This document shows positions 9,923 to 19,352 of a stretch of DNA of 64,000 nt, in pieces. Source of the DNA: Armatimonadota bacterium (GTDB lineage Bacteria > Armatimonadota > UBA5829 > DSUL01); the NCBI GenBank assembly GCA_039811685.1, contig JBDHZC010000004.1:256001-320000 (forward strand). Direction: 5' to 3'. Numbering within the stretch: the stretch's first letter is position 1; each line of letters opens with the position of its first letter. Made by a program: the position numbers and the translations under genes. The notes below the pieces were generated by a model, which was given only the letters and a program-made list of their open reading frames with translations, did not search any database and was not told the origin of the DNA.

Positions 9923-11545
9923 CTACTCTACCACAGCTTCTCTGGATGCGTATGGTTCTTCAGTACCGGTCAAGTCGCCTCGAGAGTTGGATTCACGCTG
10001 TGATCTCGTCAGCGCTCGGGCGGCTACAAACAAGAAGAGCAACGTAGCCGCGAGATTGGTGATGATCGCCGCGAGGGACAGAGACGGCGCGGCCGCTGAC
10101 AGACGACCGCCGTCCCTTGCCCAGGCCACAAAAGGTAGCAGCGGCAACGCGCGTGAAATTATGCTGCCGGCCAGGATTTTTGACTGGCTGGGTGACAAGA
10201 ACGTGACCACGAGTGAACTCGTCACGGACCAGAAAATCGCTACCGAGAAAAAGCATACGAGACGCGAGAAGACGACTCTCCTGGTCAACGAATAGACCAT
10301 AATTCCAAGCGCGGCGCTTGCTGCCGCCTGACTCAGCGTCACCCACGTCAACTGGAGAGCCTGTGTCAGATTATCTGCCACCCTGCCACTTCTGGTGGCT
10401 CCAATACAGCAAATCACGCACATTACTGCAGCCCACACGAGACTGAACCAGAACCCACCGGCGCATTGTGAATGAAACCAGCTCTTTGGACTCCGGAGAG
10501 TCTGGCTCAACGAAGAAAGCAAATCGCTTCCACGTCCGATCCGGGCTGCGATGCTGAACTGAGGCGCGGTCAGGACTGCCAGAGAGCTCACCAGGATAAA
10601 CCATTTGGAAACGTCCCCATTTGTAACGCCAGTGGTACGAGGGTCTCTGAGTGTCATTAGCGCAGGAAAGGCGCAAACCGTGAGGAGTGTAAACAGGATG
10701 CGGACACGAGGGGCGCGGTCTTCATTGAAGTTGGGGATGTTGGCTGTGGCTATAGCCGCCAGCAGCCACGCGAGAAGTCCGCTGATTACGCCCGTTAGCA
10801 CCACAGCATGCACGCGCACACCCAGTATTTTTGTGGTCGCATCGGACGGCCCAAAAATGCCAGTTGCCCACCCTGGGAGAATACCCATCCACGCCGGGTT
10901 GGGGGACGCAGAGTACAGCCATCCGGTCCAACCCGATGCAATGAGAGAAGCCGTCAGATTCGGAATTGCGGAATAGGCCACGGCGAATAAATATGCGGCT
11001 ATCGCTGCAAGAAAGCTTTTCCTGAAAAGGGAAGATGCGAGTACTCCTGCAGCAGCCAGAACGATGCCGTACGCATACAGTCCAACGTAGCGCGCAACCA
11101 CTTCGCCAGGAGATACCCCGCCAAAAACAAGGCATAGCATCGAAAGCGGAAAACTGCTCAACAAAAGCAGGCTCAGCAGCAGTATAGCGGGTAACAGCTT
11201 TCCAAAAACGATCTCTTTCGGCCTTAAGAGAGTGGATACGAGCAATTCCATCGTCTGTTGCTCGTGCTCGATTGTCAGGACCCACGAAGTCAGCCCTGGC
11301 GTGACTACGGCGATTAGGCATGCCTGGCAGAAAAACAGAATCGCCAGAAGTTCCTGTCCTGAACTCTGAATCGTTTCGTAGAGCGCCGGGCGCTGTGATC
11401 TGACGCCGTATGCGAGGAGCATGACGAGCGAGAGAATGAGGACATAGCAAAACAGCAGGAGGTAGCTGCGTGAACCTCGCGCGCGCATTCGCATCTCGCG
11501 AACGGCAATGGGGTTGTCCAGTCTCCAACTGCCGACCACGCTCAT
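9923..11545 (-). CDS. ABC-2 type transporter permease
   Basis: DNPIAVREMR; EHEQQTMELLVSTLLRPKEIVFGKL; many TM helices. Confidence 0.85.
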   Translation of the reverse strand: MSVVGSWRLDNPIAVREMRMRARGSRSYLLLFCYVLILSLVMLLAYGVRSQRPALYETIQSSGQELLAILFFCQACLIAVVTPGLTSWVLTIEHEQQTMELLVSTLLRPKEIVFGKLLPAILLLSLLLLSSFPLSMLCLVFGGVSPGEVVARYVGLYAYGIVLAAAGVLASSLFRKSFLAAIAAYLFAVAYSAIPNLTASLIASGWTGWLYSASPNPAWMGILPGWATGIFGPSDATTKILGVRVHAVVLTGVISGLLAWLLAAIATANIPNFNEDRAPRVRILFTLLTVCAFPALMTLRDPRTTGVTNGDVSKWFILVSSLAVLTAPQFSIAARIGRGSDLLSSLSQTLRSPKSWFHSQCAGGFWFSLVWAAVMCVICCIGATRSGRVADNLTQALQLTWVTLSQAAASAALGIMVYSLTRRVVFSRLVCFFSVAIFWSVTSSLVVTFLSPSQSKILAGSIISRALPLLPFVAWARDGGRLSAAAPSLSLAAIITNLAATLLFLFVAARALTRSQRESNSRGDLTGTEEPYASREAVVE

Positions 11546-12483
11546 TGCACAATTCCCTTCGTAAGTCGCATGAAGGCATCTTCCAGGTTCATTTCCGCCG
11601 GGGAGAAGGACAGCACTCGGAATCCCGCTTGCACCAGACGCTTTACAATTTCGTGCTCTGAGTCCTGCGGACCAGTGTAGGTGACAATCAGGCGTCCGTC
11701 CTGTGCGGCAGCGCTGGCTACTCCCGGCATTTCGGCAATCTCTGCGAGCGCTTCCTCCTGACGCTCCAGAACGCGAATATGAATCTTCCGTCCCTCCTGG
11801 AGTGCGGCTGTAATATCGCGCACAGGGCCCGCGACGATGAGACGGCCGGCCTCAATCACAGCAATTTTGTTGCAGAAGTCAGCGAGCTCAGGGAGAATAT
11901 GGCTTGAGACCAGAATCGTCTTCCCCATCTCCCGCAGGTCCTTGATAATCTCTTTGAATTCGACCCTCGCTCTGGGGTCCAGTCCGCTGGCGGGTTCGTC
12001 GAGGATGAGGAGCTCCGGATTGTGAAGCAGCGTCTTGGCCAGACACAACCGTTGTTTCATTCCTCTGGAGAGGCTTTCAACGTAAGAGTCTCGCTTTGGC
12101 GCGAGGTCTGTAATTTCAAGCACATCTCTGGACGCCTGAGCGCGCTCAGCAGGAGGCAGACGGTAGGCCGACGCAAAAAAGTCCAGATACTCCCAGACCT
12201 TCAGGTCATCATAAACTCCAAAGAAGTCTGGCATATATCCAATCATTTTGCGGATCTGATACGGGTCTTCCAGAACGTCCACACCGCACACCCGGACTGT
12301 GCCTTCAGTCGCATCAAGCAGAGTTGCGGCAATCTTAATCGTCGTCGTTTTCCCGGCGCCGTTTGGGCCGACGAAGCCCAGCACATCCCCGCGCTGCAGA
12401 GTGAGCGACAGATGCTCCACCGCGCTCAATGCGCCGTAGGTTTTGGTCAGATTGTCAACTTCCAGCACAGGTGATCTGGCCAA
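11542..12483 (-). CDS. ABC transporter ATP-binding protein
   Basis: GPNGAGKTT, LSRGMKQR, LILDEP, SSH; likely TTG start at 12483, just after the upstream stop. Confidence 0.95.
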   Translation of the reverse strand: MARSPVLEVDNLTKTYGALSAVEHLSLTLQRGDVLGFVGPNGAGKTTTIKIAATLLDATEGTVRVCGVDVLEDPYQIRKMIGYMPDFFGVYDDLKVWEYLDFFASAYRLPPAERAQASRDVLEITDLAPKRDSYVESLSRGMKQRLCLAKTLLHNPELLILDEPASGLDPRARVEFKEIIKDLREMGKTILVSSHILPELADFCNKIAVIEAGRLIVAGPVRDITAALQEGRKIHIRVLERQEEALAEIAEMPGVASAAAQDGRLIVTYTGPQDSEHEIVKRLVQAGFRVLSFSPAEMNLEDAFMRLTKGIVQ

Positions 12484-12485
12484 CG

Positions 12486-14783
12486 CTAGTACCTCAGGGT
12501 GATCTCCGGTGGTCTGATCCGGGAATGAGCCGCCAAGTTTGCCTTGACAAGGATATCGTGCGTTGCAGAGACGGCGGCCTGCGGCAGTAGTCTCTGCAAT
12601 GATGCACCGGCGGCAGGTACAGGCTGCCACCCGCCCGCCTGCCAGTCCCAGTAGCTCAGCCGCGGCGCCGGTCCAATCTCGGGCTTGGCTCTAAGTTCTA
12701 TCTCTTTAGCTTTCAAATCAGTCCAGATATCTCCCACCCGAAACTGCCAGATGCCTGCCGAGATGGTCGAAAACGCAGTGACGGTGCGGGGGGAGGCCTC
12801 TTCAGGTGTCAGGTCTCGCGCCCAGCTCAAACGCCCTGGCCGCACCAGAGTACTTTGCCCGCTCGCAACATCAATGCTGGTTGTCATCACGTACACCGAG
12901 AATGCTTCCGCCTTCCGCGCCGGAGGGTCACACGCGACAGGAACTGCCGGATTCGGGCTGAGAGCTGTAATAGTCAGCGAGCTCAGGTCGCCGGGTGTGG
13001 CATCGCGTATTTGATCGAAAACTATCCCGCCGACCTCTTGCGACCACGACTGCGACGTACTCGAACGCACCACACGAGAGTTGTCCATCGCCATTGTCTC
13101 TCCCCGCTTGATGCTCTTGATCTGCCGCAAGTCATTCCCACAGTAGAGGCGTATGTCAACGAGCTTGGATTGGCTGATGTTGGTGACAGTACCGCGCAGC
13201 TTCCCCCCTGCGTCCAGGCGCAAGTCTATTTTCAGGGGCGTCTTGAGCCGCCGTGTGCCTGAGAGGCCGTAGTAGTTGATCGTCCACTGACGCGCATGGA
13301 TGCTCCTCTTCGAGATGCTGCTTTCGTCTGTGACGTCCATGAAGACATCCTCACGCTCTGAGTCATCCTCAGGGGAGAAAGGGGACGGCAGCCACCAGGA
13401 CTGGCCGCGTGGGACACTCAGAGTGTACGTCCTTGTCGCTGGAGTCAGCAGATTCCCTATGACGTCATCTCGCCATCGCTCCTCTCCTGGCCGGCCATAC
13501 AGAATCGCTATTTGGCGCTGGGTAAGCAAACGCCCGTACACTCTGGCCCCGATTCCCCACGCTACTGCGGTGAAAATCAGAACCACGGCGGGAGTTGTCA
13601 ACCAGAGCAACTGCTTCCGGTCCAGCCTGTTCAGAACAAGGAAGTTTCCGGCTGTCACTACCAGAAGGTAAGCGAGGAGAAACGATCCGACAATGTCGAG
13701 GCCAGGCAATCGGATCTTTGCGCTTTCGGCCAGATGTCTTGTTACAGGGACCGTGTCAATTCGCGGGGCGTCGTACGGGGCGTAACAGACGGACAGCACC
13801 TGCTCGAGTAACTCTTCATAGCTACCCCACTGTTGCAGGGCGGCGCTTGTCGGGTCCACAGACAGGAAGAAGACAGATCCTGCGCCGTAGGGTCTGCCTG
13901 TCAGGACTGGAGTGTCGCCCCACCGCAGGAAAACGCGTGCGTCTGTCTTTGGGCGCCCTTCTGCGTAGAAGATGGGAGTACCTGAGCCCGGAAGTGTCAC
14001 TGATGAGGCCCTCTCGACGGTGACGGGGAGAATATTCCGGAAGAACTCAGCGTCAAACCGCCCAATATCCGGAGCGGCCGTAACAAGTACCACTCCTCCA
14101 GCAGCCGCATAGTCCTCGACAACCCGCAACGTCTGAGGAGAAGCCGATCTCGGGCTGAATCCTGTTAGCAGGAGACAGCCGGCGGGTCCATAGTAGCCCA
14201 CAGTATCAGAAGCCTGAGCCGAATCTTCAATTCTGTCAAGCGCTGCGACTTCCAGACCTTGTATGTCCGGCATTGGTGGGTATTCTATTGGCACGCCAAT
14301 CTCGTTGAAACCAGGAGGCGGCGCGGGAGGCCTTCCAAAAAAGCTCAAACCCATGGGGATGCTCAACCTGCCTGATGACTCACCGATGGCGCACAGGACA
14401 GTCTGGCTACTCTCTGGTTCGGTCCACTTTGCTTTGGTGCTACCTTTTGTGGAACCGTTGCTGTCTCGCAACAAAATGTCGCACAGGTCAGGCCATGCTC
14501 CGACGGAATGGCACACTGCAAAGTAGACGGAGCGCCCCCTGGCGCTTACGGAGACAGGTATCTCTGTGCGGCTCGGTTCCCGGCGACCCTGGGTGCTGAG
14601 TATGAGCCTTCCTCGAAAGGCCTCGCCGGAGTTTGTCACGGTGATACGCAAGGGGACAGGTGCGCCACTCAGCGCATAGCCGCCAATCCCTGCTTTTGCC
14701 TCCAGCGTCACCTTTGCGCAGGCCGGCCCGGTCAAGAGCGCCGCAGACAGCGCTAAGGCCCCCAGCCAGATCGAATTTCTCAT
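12486..14783 (-). CDS. Exported/membrane protein with GATase-like fold, first gene of MoxR/ABC operon
   Basis: Signal peptide; GRPYGAGSVFF; internal TM pair LLAYLLVV...LWLTTPAVVLIF. Confidence 0.7.
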   Translation of the reverse strand: MRNSIWLGALALSAALLTGPACAKVTLEAKAGIGGYALSGAPVPLRITVTNSGEAFRGRLILSTQGRREPSRTEIPVSVSARGRSVYFAVCHSVGAWPDLCDILLRDSNGSTKGSTKAKWTEPESSQTVLCAIGESSGRLSIPMGLSFFGRPPAPPPGFNEIGVPIEYPPMPDIQGLEVAALDRIEDSAQASDTVGYYGPAGCLLLTGFSPRSASPQTLRVVEDYAAAGGVVLVTAAPDIGRFDAEFFRNILPVTVERASSVTLPGSGTPIFYAEGRPKTDARVFLRWGDTPVLTGRPYGAGSVFFLSVDPTSAALQQWGSYEELLEQVLSVCYAPYDAPRIDTVPVTRHLAESAKIRLPGLDIVGSFLLAYLLVVTAGNFLVLNRLDRKQLLWLTTPAVVLIFTAVAWGIGARVYGRLLTQRQIAILYGRPGEERWRDDVIGNLLTPATRTYTLSVPRGQSWWLPSPFSPEDDSEREDVFMDVTDESSISKRSIHARQWTINYYGLSGTRRLKTPLKIDLRLDAGGKLRGTVTNISQSKLVDIRLYCGNDLRQIKSIKRGETMAMDNSRVVRSSTSQSWSQEVGGIVFDQIRDATPGDLSSLTITALSPNPAVPVACDPPARKAEAFSVYVMTTSIDVASGQSTLVRPGRLSWARDLTPEEASPRTVTAFSTISAGIWQFRVGDIWTDLKAKEIELRAKPEIGPAPRLSYWDWQAGGWQPVPAAGASLQRLLPQAAVSATHDILVKANLAAHSRIRPPEITLRY

Positions 14784-14792
14784 CAGGCAGCC

Positions 14793-14801
14793 ATTCTACC
14801 A
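14793..14801 (-). promoter_or_regulatory. Extended -10 promoter TGG-TAGAAT
   Basis: 9 nt upstream of ATG 14783; no Shine-Dalgarno in between. Confidence 0.5.
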
Positions 14802-14997
14802 CACCGCGTACAGCTCATTTGCGCAGGCAGTCTCCTGGAAGGCGCCTTGAGTGTGGGATGACTGTCACTCTGCCGCCTCTGCGACGCCGCACTTACCGGG
14901 CGTTGCTGTCAAAGTGAAGCCTGCAACAGCGCCGGGCGGTCAGGTGTTAGACGCAGCTTTCCGCCGCGCCAGTTCCCTGTTCTGCCAGGTCTGCCGG

Positions 14998-15852
14998 CTA
15001 GCCTGCGCTGTGTTTGCGGCTCGTGGCGCGCCCGTTGCTGTCCGTGAGGGCTTCAATCAGAACTTCGAAAGCGTGCTCGGGGCTGTCGCTGTAGGTTATC
15101 AGGTCCAGGTCTTCAGGGCTGATGGTTCCCCATTTGACCAGAGCTTCGAAGTTGACCACTTCTTTCCAGTACTCACTGCCATACATGATCACGGGCAGTC
15201 TGCGCCGGATTTTGCGCGTCTGGAGCAGCGTTAGCAGATCCATCAGCTCATCCAGCGTGCCGAAGCCTCCGGGAAAGATACACAGGCCACGGGACATGTA
15301 CACAAACCAGTACTTGCGCATAAAGAAGTAGTGAAACTCCATAGCAAGTTTGTCCGTAATATAGGAGTTGCACTGCTCTTCAAAGGGCAGGCTGATGCCA
15401 AGTCCAATCGTTTTTCCGCCAGCCTCGGCCGCGCCGCGGTTAGCCGCTTCCATAATCCCAGGTCCGCCGCCGGAGCAGACAAGGAAGCGATTCCAGGAGC
15501 CTTTGAGCGACAATGCCCACTCGGTGATCATGTATGCGAGCTTGCGAGCGTCTTCATAGTAGTGAGACATCTTGAAGTCGGCTTCAGCCCGGCGAAGCTG
15601 CATTTGATGCAGCACGCTGTCGGGATTCTTGAGAAGCCGCATTTCAGCCCGCTGAAGTTCGCGCTCCGCAATGTCAGGCTGCATAGTGCGGGCGGACCCG
15701 TAAAATACGACAGTGTCTTTGACCTTCTCTTCCCGGAATCTGTGGAGGGGCCCGAAGTACTCTGAGAGAATTCGCACCGCGCGCGCATCCGGACTGGCTA
15801 GAAACTCGAGATCGAGATAAGCCCTTTGAGCTTTGGATTTGTGGTCTGCCAT
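14998..15852 (-). CDS. LOG family protein (nucleotide phosphoribohydrolase, TIGR00730-like)
   Basis: VVFYGSAR, SGGGPGIMEAANRGA, FHYFFMRK, PGGFGTLDE. Confidence 0.93.
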   Translation of the reverse strand: MADHKSKAQRAYLDLEFLASPDARAVRILSEYFGPLHRFREEKVKDTVVFYGSARTMQPDIAERELQRAEMRLLKNPDSVLHQMQLRRAEADFKMSHYYEDARKLAYMITEWALSLKGSWNRFLVCSGGGPGIMEAANRGAAEAGGKTIGLGISLPFEEQCNSYITDKLAMEFHYFFMRKYWFVYMSRGLCIFPGGFGTLDELMDLLTLLQTRKIRRRLPVIMYGSEYWKEVVNFEALVKWGTISPEDLDLITYSDSPEHAFEVLIEALTDSNGRATSRKHSAG

Positions 15853-15973
15853 AGAGTGATTATTGGTGTTTCAGGGAGTGAATTTGCACGTTGTGCCCGT
15901 ATAGTGACGCAAGGAAGCGTCTGTTGCGCCTGTGTTGTGTGACGTGTAACGCCGACAGTCGCAGTATACTACC

Positions 15974-16098
15974 GGAGCGGTCGTTGAGGCCGCAACAGCA
16001 CACGTTGGGCGGTACCGTCCTGGTTAGTGCCGTCTCCTGCGATCCGGCAGGTGTTTCAGTGAGGGGCGCAGAATAGGGCTGTGTTGTCTGAGACCTCC
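15974..16098 (+). ncRNA. Candidate structured non-coding RNA or leader
   Basis: TATACT box at 15965-15970; ends pair (GGAG(CG)GTC / GACCTCC); nested stems CAACA/TGTTG, GTGCC/GGCGC, CCTGC/GCAGG; G-U pairs favour the + strand. Confidence 0.3.
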
Positions 16099-16220
16099 AA
16101 AACACAGGGCGCTTTCAGCTTATGTGCGCAATAACCCTAAACGGGCTGTGCCCTGACCGCCGATAATACTCGAAGAACGGCCGATTGCCCTGAAGGCTGG
16201 CCAGGATTGGGAGAAGTAAA

Positions 16221-16490
16221 ATGTCTCAGGCCGCACAGGCTCGCAAGGCAGAGTCCGTACAGTCATTTGCTCAGAACGTCAAGGAACCGGAAGCTCTCGC
16301 GCATATGCAGGATTTGCGAAAATCTATCGTCCGTAGTAATCGTCTGTGGCTGCTGGCATTTGTTGCCGTGTTGGCCGCCAGTTTCTTCCTTATGTGGTTC
16401 TTTGGCAGGCAGGATCGGATGATGGAGAAGCGGGACACAGAGCGCATGACCTCTCCCGGGACTTCACAGAGCGCTCCTTCCAGTCGCTGA
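16221..16490 (+). CDS. Small single-pass membrane protein, hypothetical
   Basis: RBS GGAG; 89 aa with TM LWLLAFVAVLAASFFLMWFF. Confidence 0.6.
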   Translation: MSQAAQARKAESVQSFAQNVKEPEALAHMQDLRKSIVRSNRLWLLAFVAVLAASFFLMWFFGRQDRMMEKRDTERMTSPGTSQSAPSSR

Positions 16491-16804
16491 CTCTTGCGCC
16501 AGGCCAATGGCACAGCTCTTTCAGGGCTGCGCTTCCTCTCTGCCTCACCTGTTTTTCGTCAGATTCATTGCGCAGGCCGGGCGTCCTCGCGCCGGCTAAT
16601 CGCAGGCGTTTGCTCTGCGCTCCTGTTTCGTCACACTTCCTGATCGGCATCCAGTCCGCCTTGACATCCCCTCTGAAAACACTTACAGTACGACCGCCTG
16701 ATATTTTGTGAAAGAGGGCCCTTGCTTGTCTTTGCGATACCCAGTCTTTCAGTCCTGGTCAAGAGTTCGTCGAGGCAAAAGGGCCACCAGAGCGGACTTG
16801 CCAA

Positions 16805-17629
16805 ATGAAAACCTGTTTCAACACTGTCACCTGCGGGGCGGATAAACCGCTTGAGCAGACAATCGACTATGTGGGCGCGTGTGGATATGACGGCATCGAG
16901 GTAGAGGCCGGGCGCATTGATGACTATCTCACCCGGCACTCACTCGAAGACCTCAAGCGTCATCTTGACAGAAACAACCTTGCTGTCGCCGCTATTATGG
17001 CCTTCCCGTTTTTCGCCTTCAATCTCGCTGAGCAGAACAACCATATCCAGCGAGTCCAACATTACGCCAGGATCGCTTCTGATCTTGGGTCTGACACCCT
17101 CCTGTGTTTCATCTGCGACGCGCCGCCCTCAGGTACGGGCATAGCCCACGCACTTGAAATCGCGGGCCGCTCAGCGCAGCGCTACGGAGAGGCTTCGGCT
17201 TGTTTTGGCGTTAAGTGCGCCATAGAGCCCATCGGTGGGTCCAGCTTCATCCCTGGTCCCCGGCAGGCTCTGGCGGTTGCAGGCGCTTCGGGCAGTGATT
17301 CTGTCGGAATAATGATGGACACCTTCCACTACTACAAGTCCGCAGTCCCAATCGAAGACATTCGCGCCATCCCCCAGAGCCAACTCCTTATCGTCCATGT
17401 GAATGATTGCCCGGACATACCCGCAGCGGACCTCAACGACGGGCACCGCATCCACCCTGGTCACGGGGTCATCCCGCTCGTTCAACAGTTCCGCATTCTG
17501 AAAAGCGATATTGGCTACGACGGTTTTCTCAGTATTGAGATATTCAACGAGAAGTACTGGCAGGAAGATCACGAAAAAGTGATCCGCGACGCGAAAGACG
17601 CGCTGGATCGCGTGCTGGCGCAGGTGTAG
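16805..17629 (+). CDS. Sugar phosphate isomerase/epimerase (IolI/IolH-like)
   Basis: GYDGIE, CAIEP, MDTFHY, VHVND, RIHPGHG, GFLSIEIF. Confidence 0.9.
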   Translation: MKTCFNTVTCGADKPLEQTIDYVGACGYDGIEVEAGRIDDYLTRHSLEDLKRHLDRNNLAVAAIMAFPFFAFNLAEQNNHIQRVQHYARIASDLGSDTLLCFICDAPPSGTGIAHALEIAGRSAQRYGEASACFGVKCAIEPIGGSSFIPGPRQALAVAGASGSDSVGIMMDTFHYYKSAVPIEDIRAIPQSQLLIVHVNDCPDIPAADLNDGHRIHPGHGVIPLVQQFRILKSDIGYDGFLSIEIFNEKYWQEDHEKVIRDAKDALDRVLAQV

Positions 17630-17632
17630 CCA

Positions 17633-18721
17633 TTGGGGGATCCCTTGAACTCCACGAAGGATAACAACTCCCGCCTGAGAATTGGTTTTGTCGGCGCCGG
17701 GGCAATGGGGCAGACCGCTCATCTTCAGAACTTTGCTCTCATCCCCGACTGTGAGATTGTCGCCCTGGCAGAAGGACGCAGGAAGACTGCTGAGATGGTG
17801 GCCGCCCGCTATGCAATTCCCGCTGTGTACCCGGACCACAGGGCCATGCTGGCGGAGGCAGACATTGATGCCGTTGTCGCCATTGTCCCTTACGCTCTGC
17901 ACCCTTCAATCGTCCCTGACATCCTGAACGCCGGCAAGCATCTGCTTACTGAAAAACCCATCTGTCTGCGCCTGGACAATGCCCGGCGCCTGGCCTCACT
18001 GGCTGAGGAGAAGAAGCTGATTTACATGGTGGGCAACATGAAGCGTGCGCTTCCAGCATCTGTAGAGGCCCGGCGCAGGATTGAGGAGTGGAAGCTGTCC
18101 GGAGCTATAGGCAGAATGAACTACGTCCGCGCCAGTATGCCTCCGGGAGACTGGGTTTTCGGTGTGCAGTGGCGCGCCAGCGCGGGAGATAATGCGCCTG
18201 CCTATCCCGGAGAAACCTCTGAGAGCCCACCGGAGTGGATGGGGGAGCTTGGAGAAAAATACAACGCGTTCGTCAACTACTTCATTCACCAGGTCAACAT
18301 GATCCGCTATCTGATTGGTGAGGACTACCACGTCGTCTTTGTGGACAAATCCGAGGCCGTCATGCTCTCGGAGTCCGACAGCGGTGTCACCATTGCGCTG
18401 GAGATGAAAGGGCACGGCCTCCACAAGAGCTGGGAGGAGTACTACATGGTGTCCTTTGAGAGTGGACGCGTAGATCTCTCACTCCCGGCGCCAATGGCAC
18501 AACAAAACGGCGGCGACGTGCGCTTCTATATCGCTTCGGAAGGCAATCCGCGCTGGGAGCGGCCTGTAATTGATCCAGTGTGGAGCATGCTGGCACAGGC
18601 CCGGCATTTTGTAAGTTGCGTCCGGCAAAGTAAGCAGAGCTGCAACCCAGCCTCTGAAGCGCTCAAAGACCTCGAAGTTGCGGAGCAGTATATAAGAGCG
18701 CTCAGCTCATCTCTGAGGTAG
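17633..18721 (+). CDS. Gfo/Idh/MocA family oxidoreductase
   Basis: RIGFVGAGAMG Rossmann motif; GKHLLTEKP. Confidence 0.92.
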   Translation: MGDPLNSTKDNNSRLRIGFVGAGAMGQTAHLQNFALIPDCEIVALAEGRRKTAEMVAARYAIPAVYPDHRAMLAEADIDAVVAIVPYALHPSIVPDILNAGKHLLTEKPICLRLDNARRLASLAEEKKLIYMVGNMKRALPASVEARRRIEEWKLSGAIGRMNYVRASMPPGDWVFGVQWRASAGDNAPAYPGETSESPPEWMGELGEKYNAFVNYFIHQVNMIRYLIGEDYHVVFVDKSEAVMLSESDSGVTIALEMKGHGLHKSWEEYYMVSFESGRVDLSLPAPMAQQNGGDVRFYIASEGNPRWERPVIDPVWSMLAQARHFVSCVRQSKQSCNPASEALKDLEVAEQYIRALSSSLR

Positions 18722-18806
18722 AGAATCTTGCGTCTGACCCTTTCAGAATCGAGAGAGGAGTTGCTTGGTCGCTGGTCTGCGTATGGACGAGCTGCTAGAG
18801 TTAGTG

Positions 18807-19049
18807 TCAGGCGCTGTCTTTGTGGCAGGTTCTTCGGATAACTTTGCTCCAGACGTCACTGGTAACGTGGCGCGGAGCCAGAAGATAGAGGCACAGCCCT
18901 TCTCGCGTTGGGGAGAGAAGCTCAAGGATACGGCGATCAGTCGCGGGACGCAGCGGCGCAGTCTCAGGGGATGAATGAGGGATCAGCTCTGTCTGAGCCG
19001 TCGCTTGCGCATCACTTTGAATGTGTTCGTCTACGTTGAAGTCGGCCAT
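18807..19049 (-). CDS. Small hypothetical protein (80 aa)
   Basis: RBS GAGAGG before ATG 19049 (MADFNVDEHIQ...); no recognisable domain. Confidence 0.4.
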   Translation of the reverse strand: MADFNVDEHIQSDAQATAQTELIPHSSPETAPLRPATDRRILELLSPTREGLCLYLLAPRHVTSDVWSKVIRRTCHKDSA

Positions 19050-19352
19050 TGTGAGCCTCTCGCTCGTTGTCCGTACCCAACAACTGCAAAGGGAAGCTGT
19101 CTTGTCGGTCAACAGATAGCAGACTGCGTGGCGATAGGCGGTGTTCCGGCTTACGTCGAGAATTCGCAAAAAAAGCCGGCGCACACGGATCGCGCGCCAG
19201 CTTCATCCTGATAATTACTCCTCAGCAGAGCGCATTTTCGTACGTTTACAGTTCACCAACCGCCGCGAATTCGAGAACTCAGGTTACAGCTGTGCATCTC
19301 GGAATTTACCGGTGTAGAAATATGTCGGCTGGTAAACAGACCACTGCGCCCT

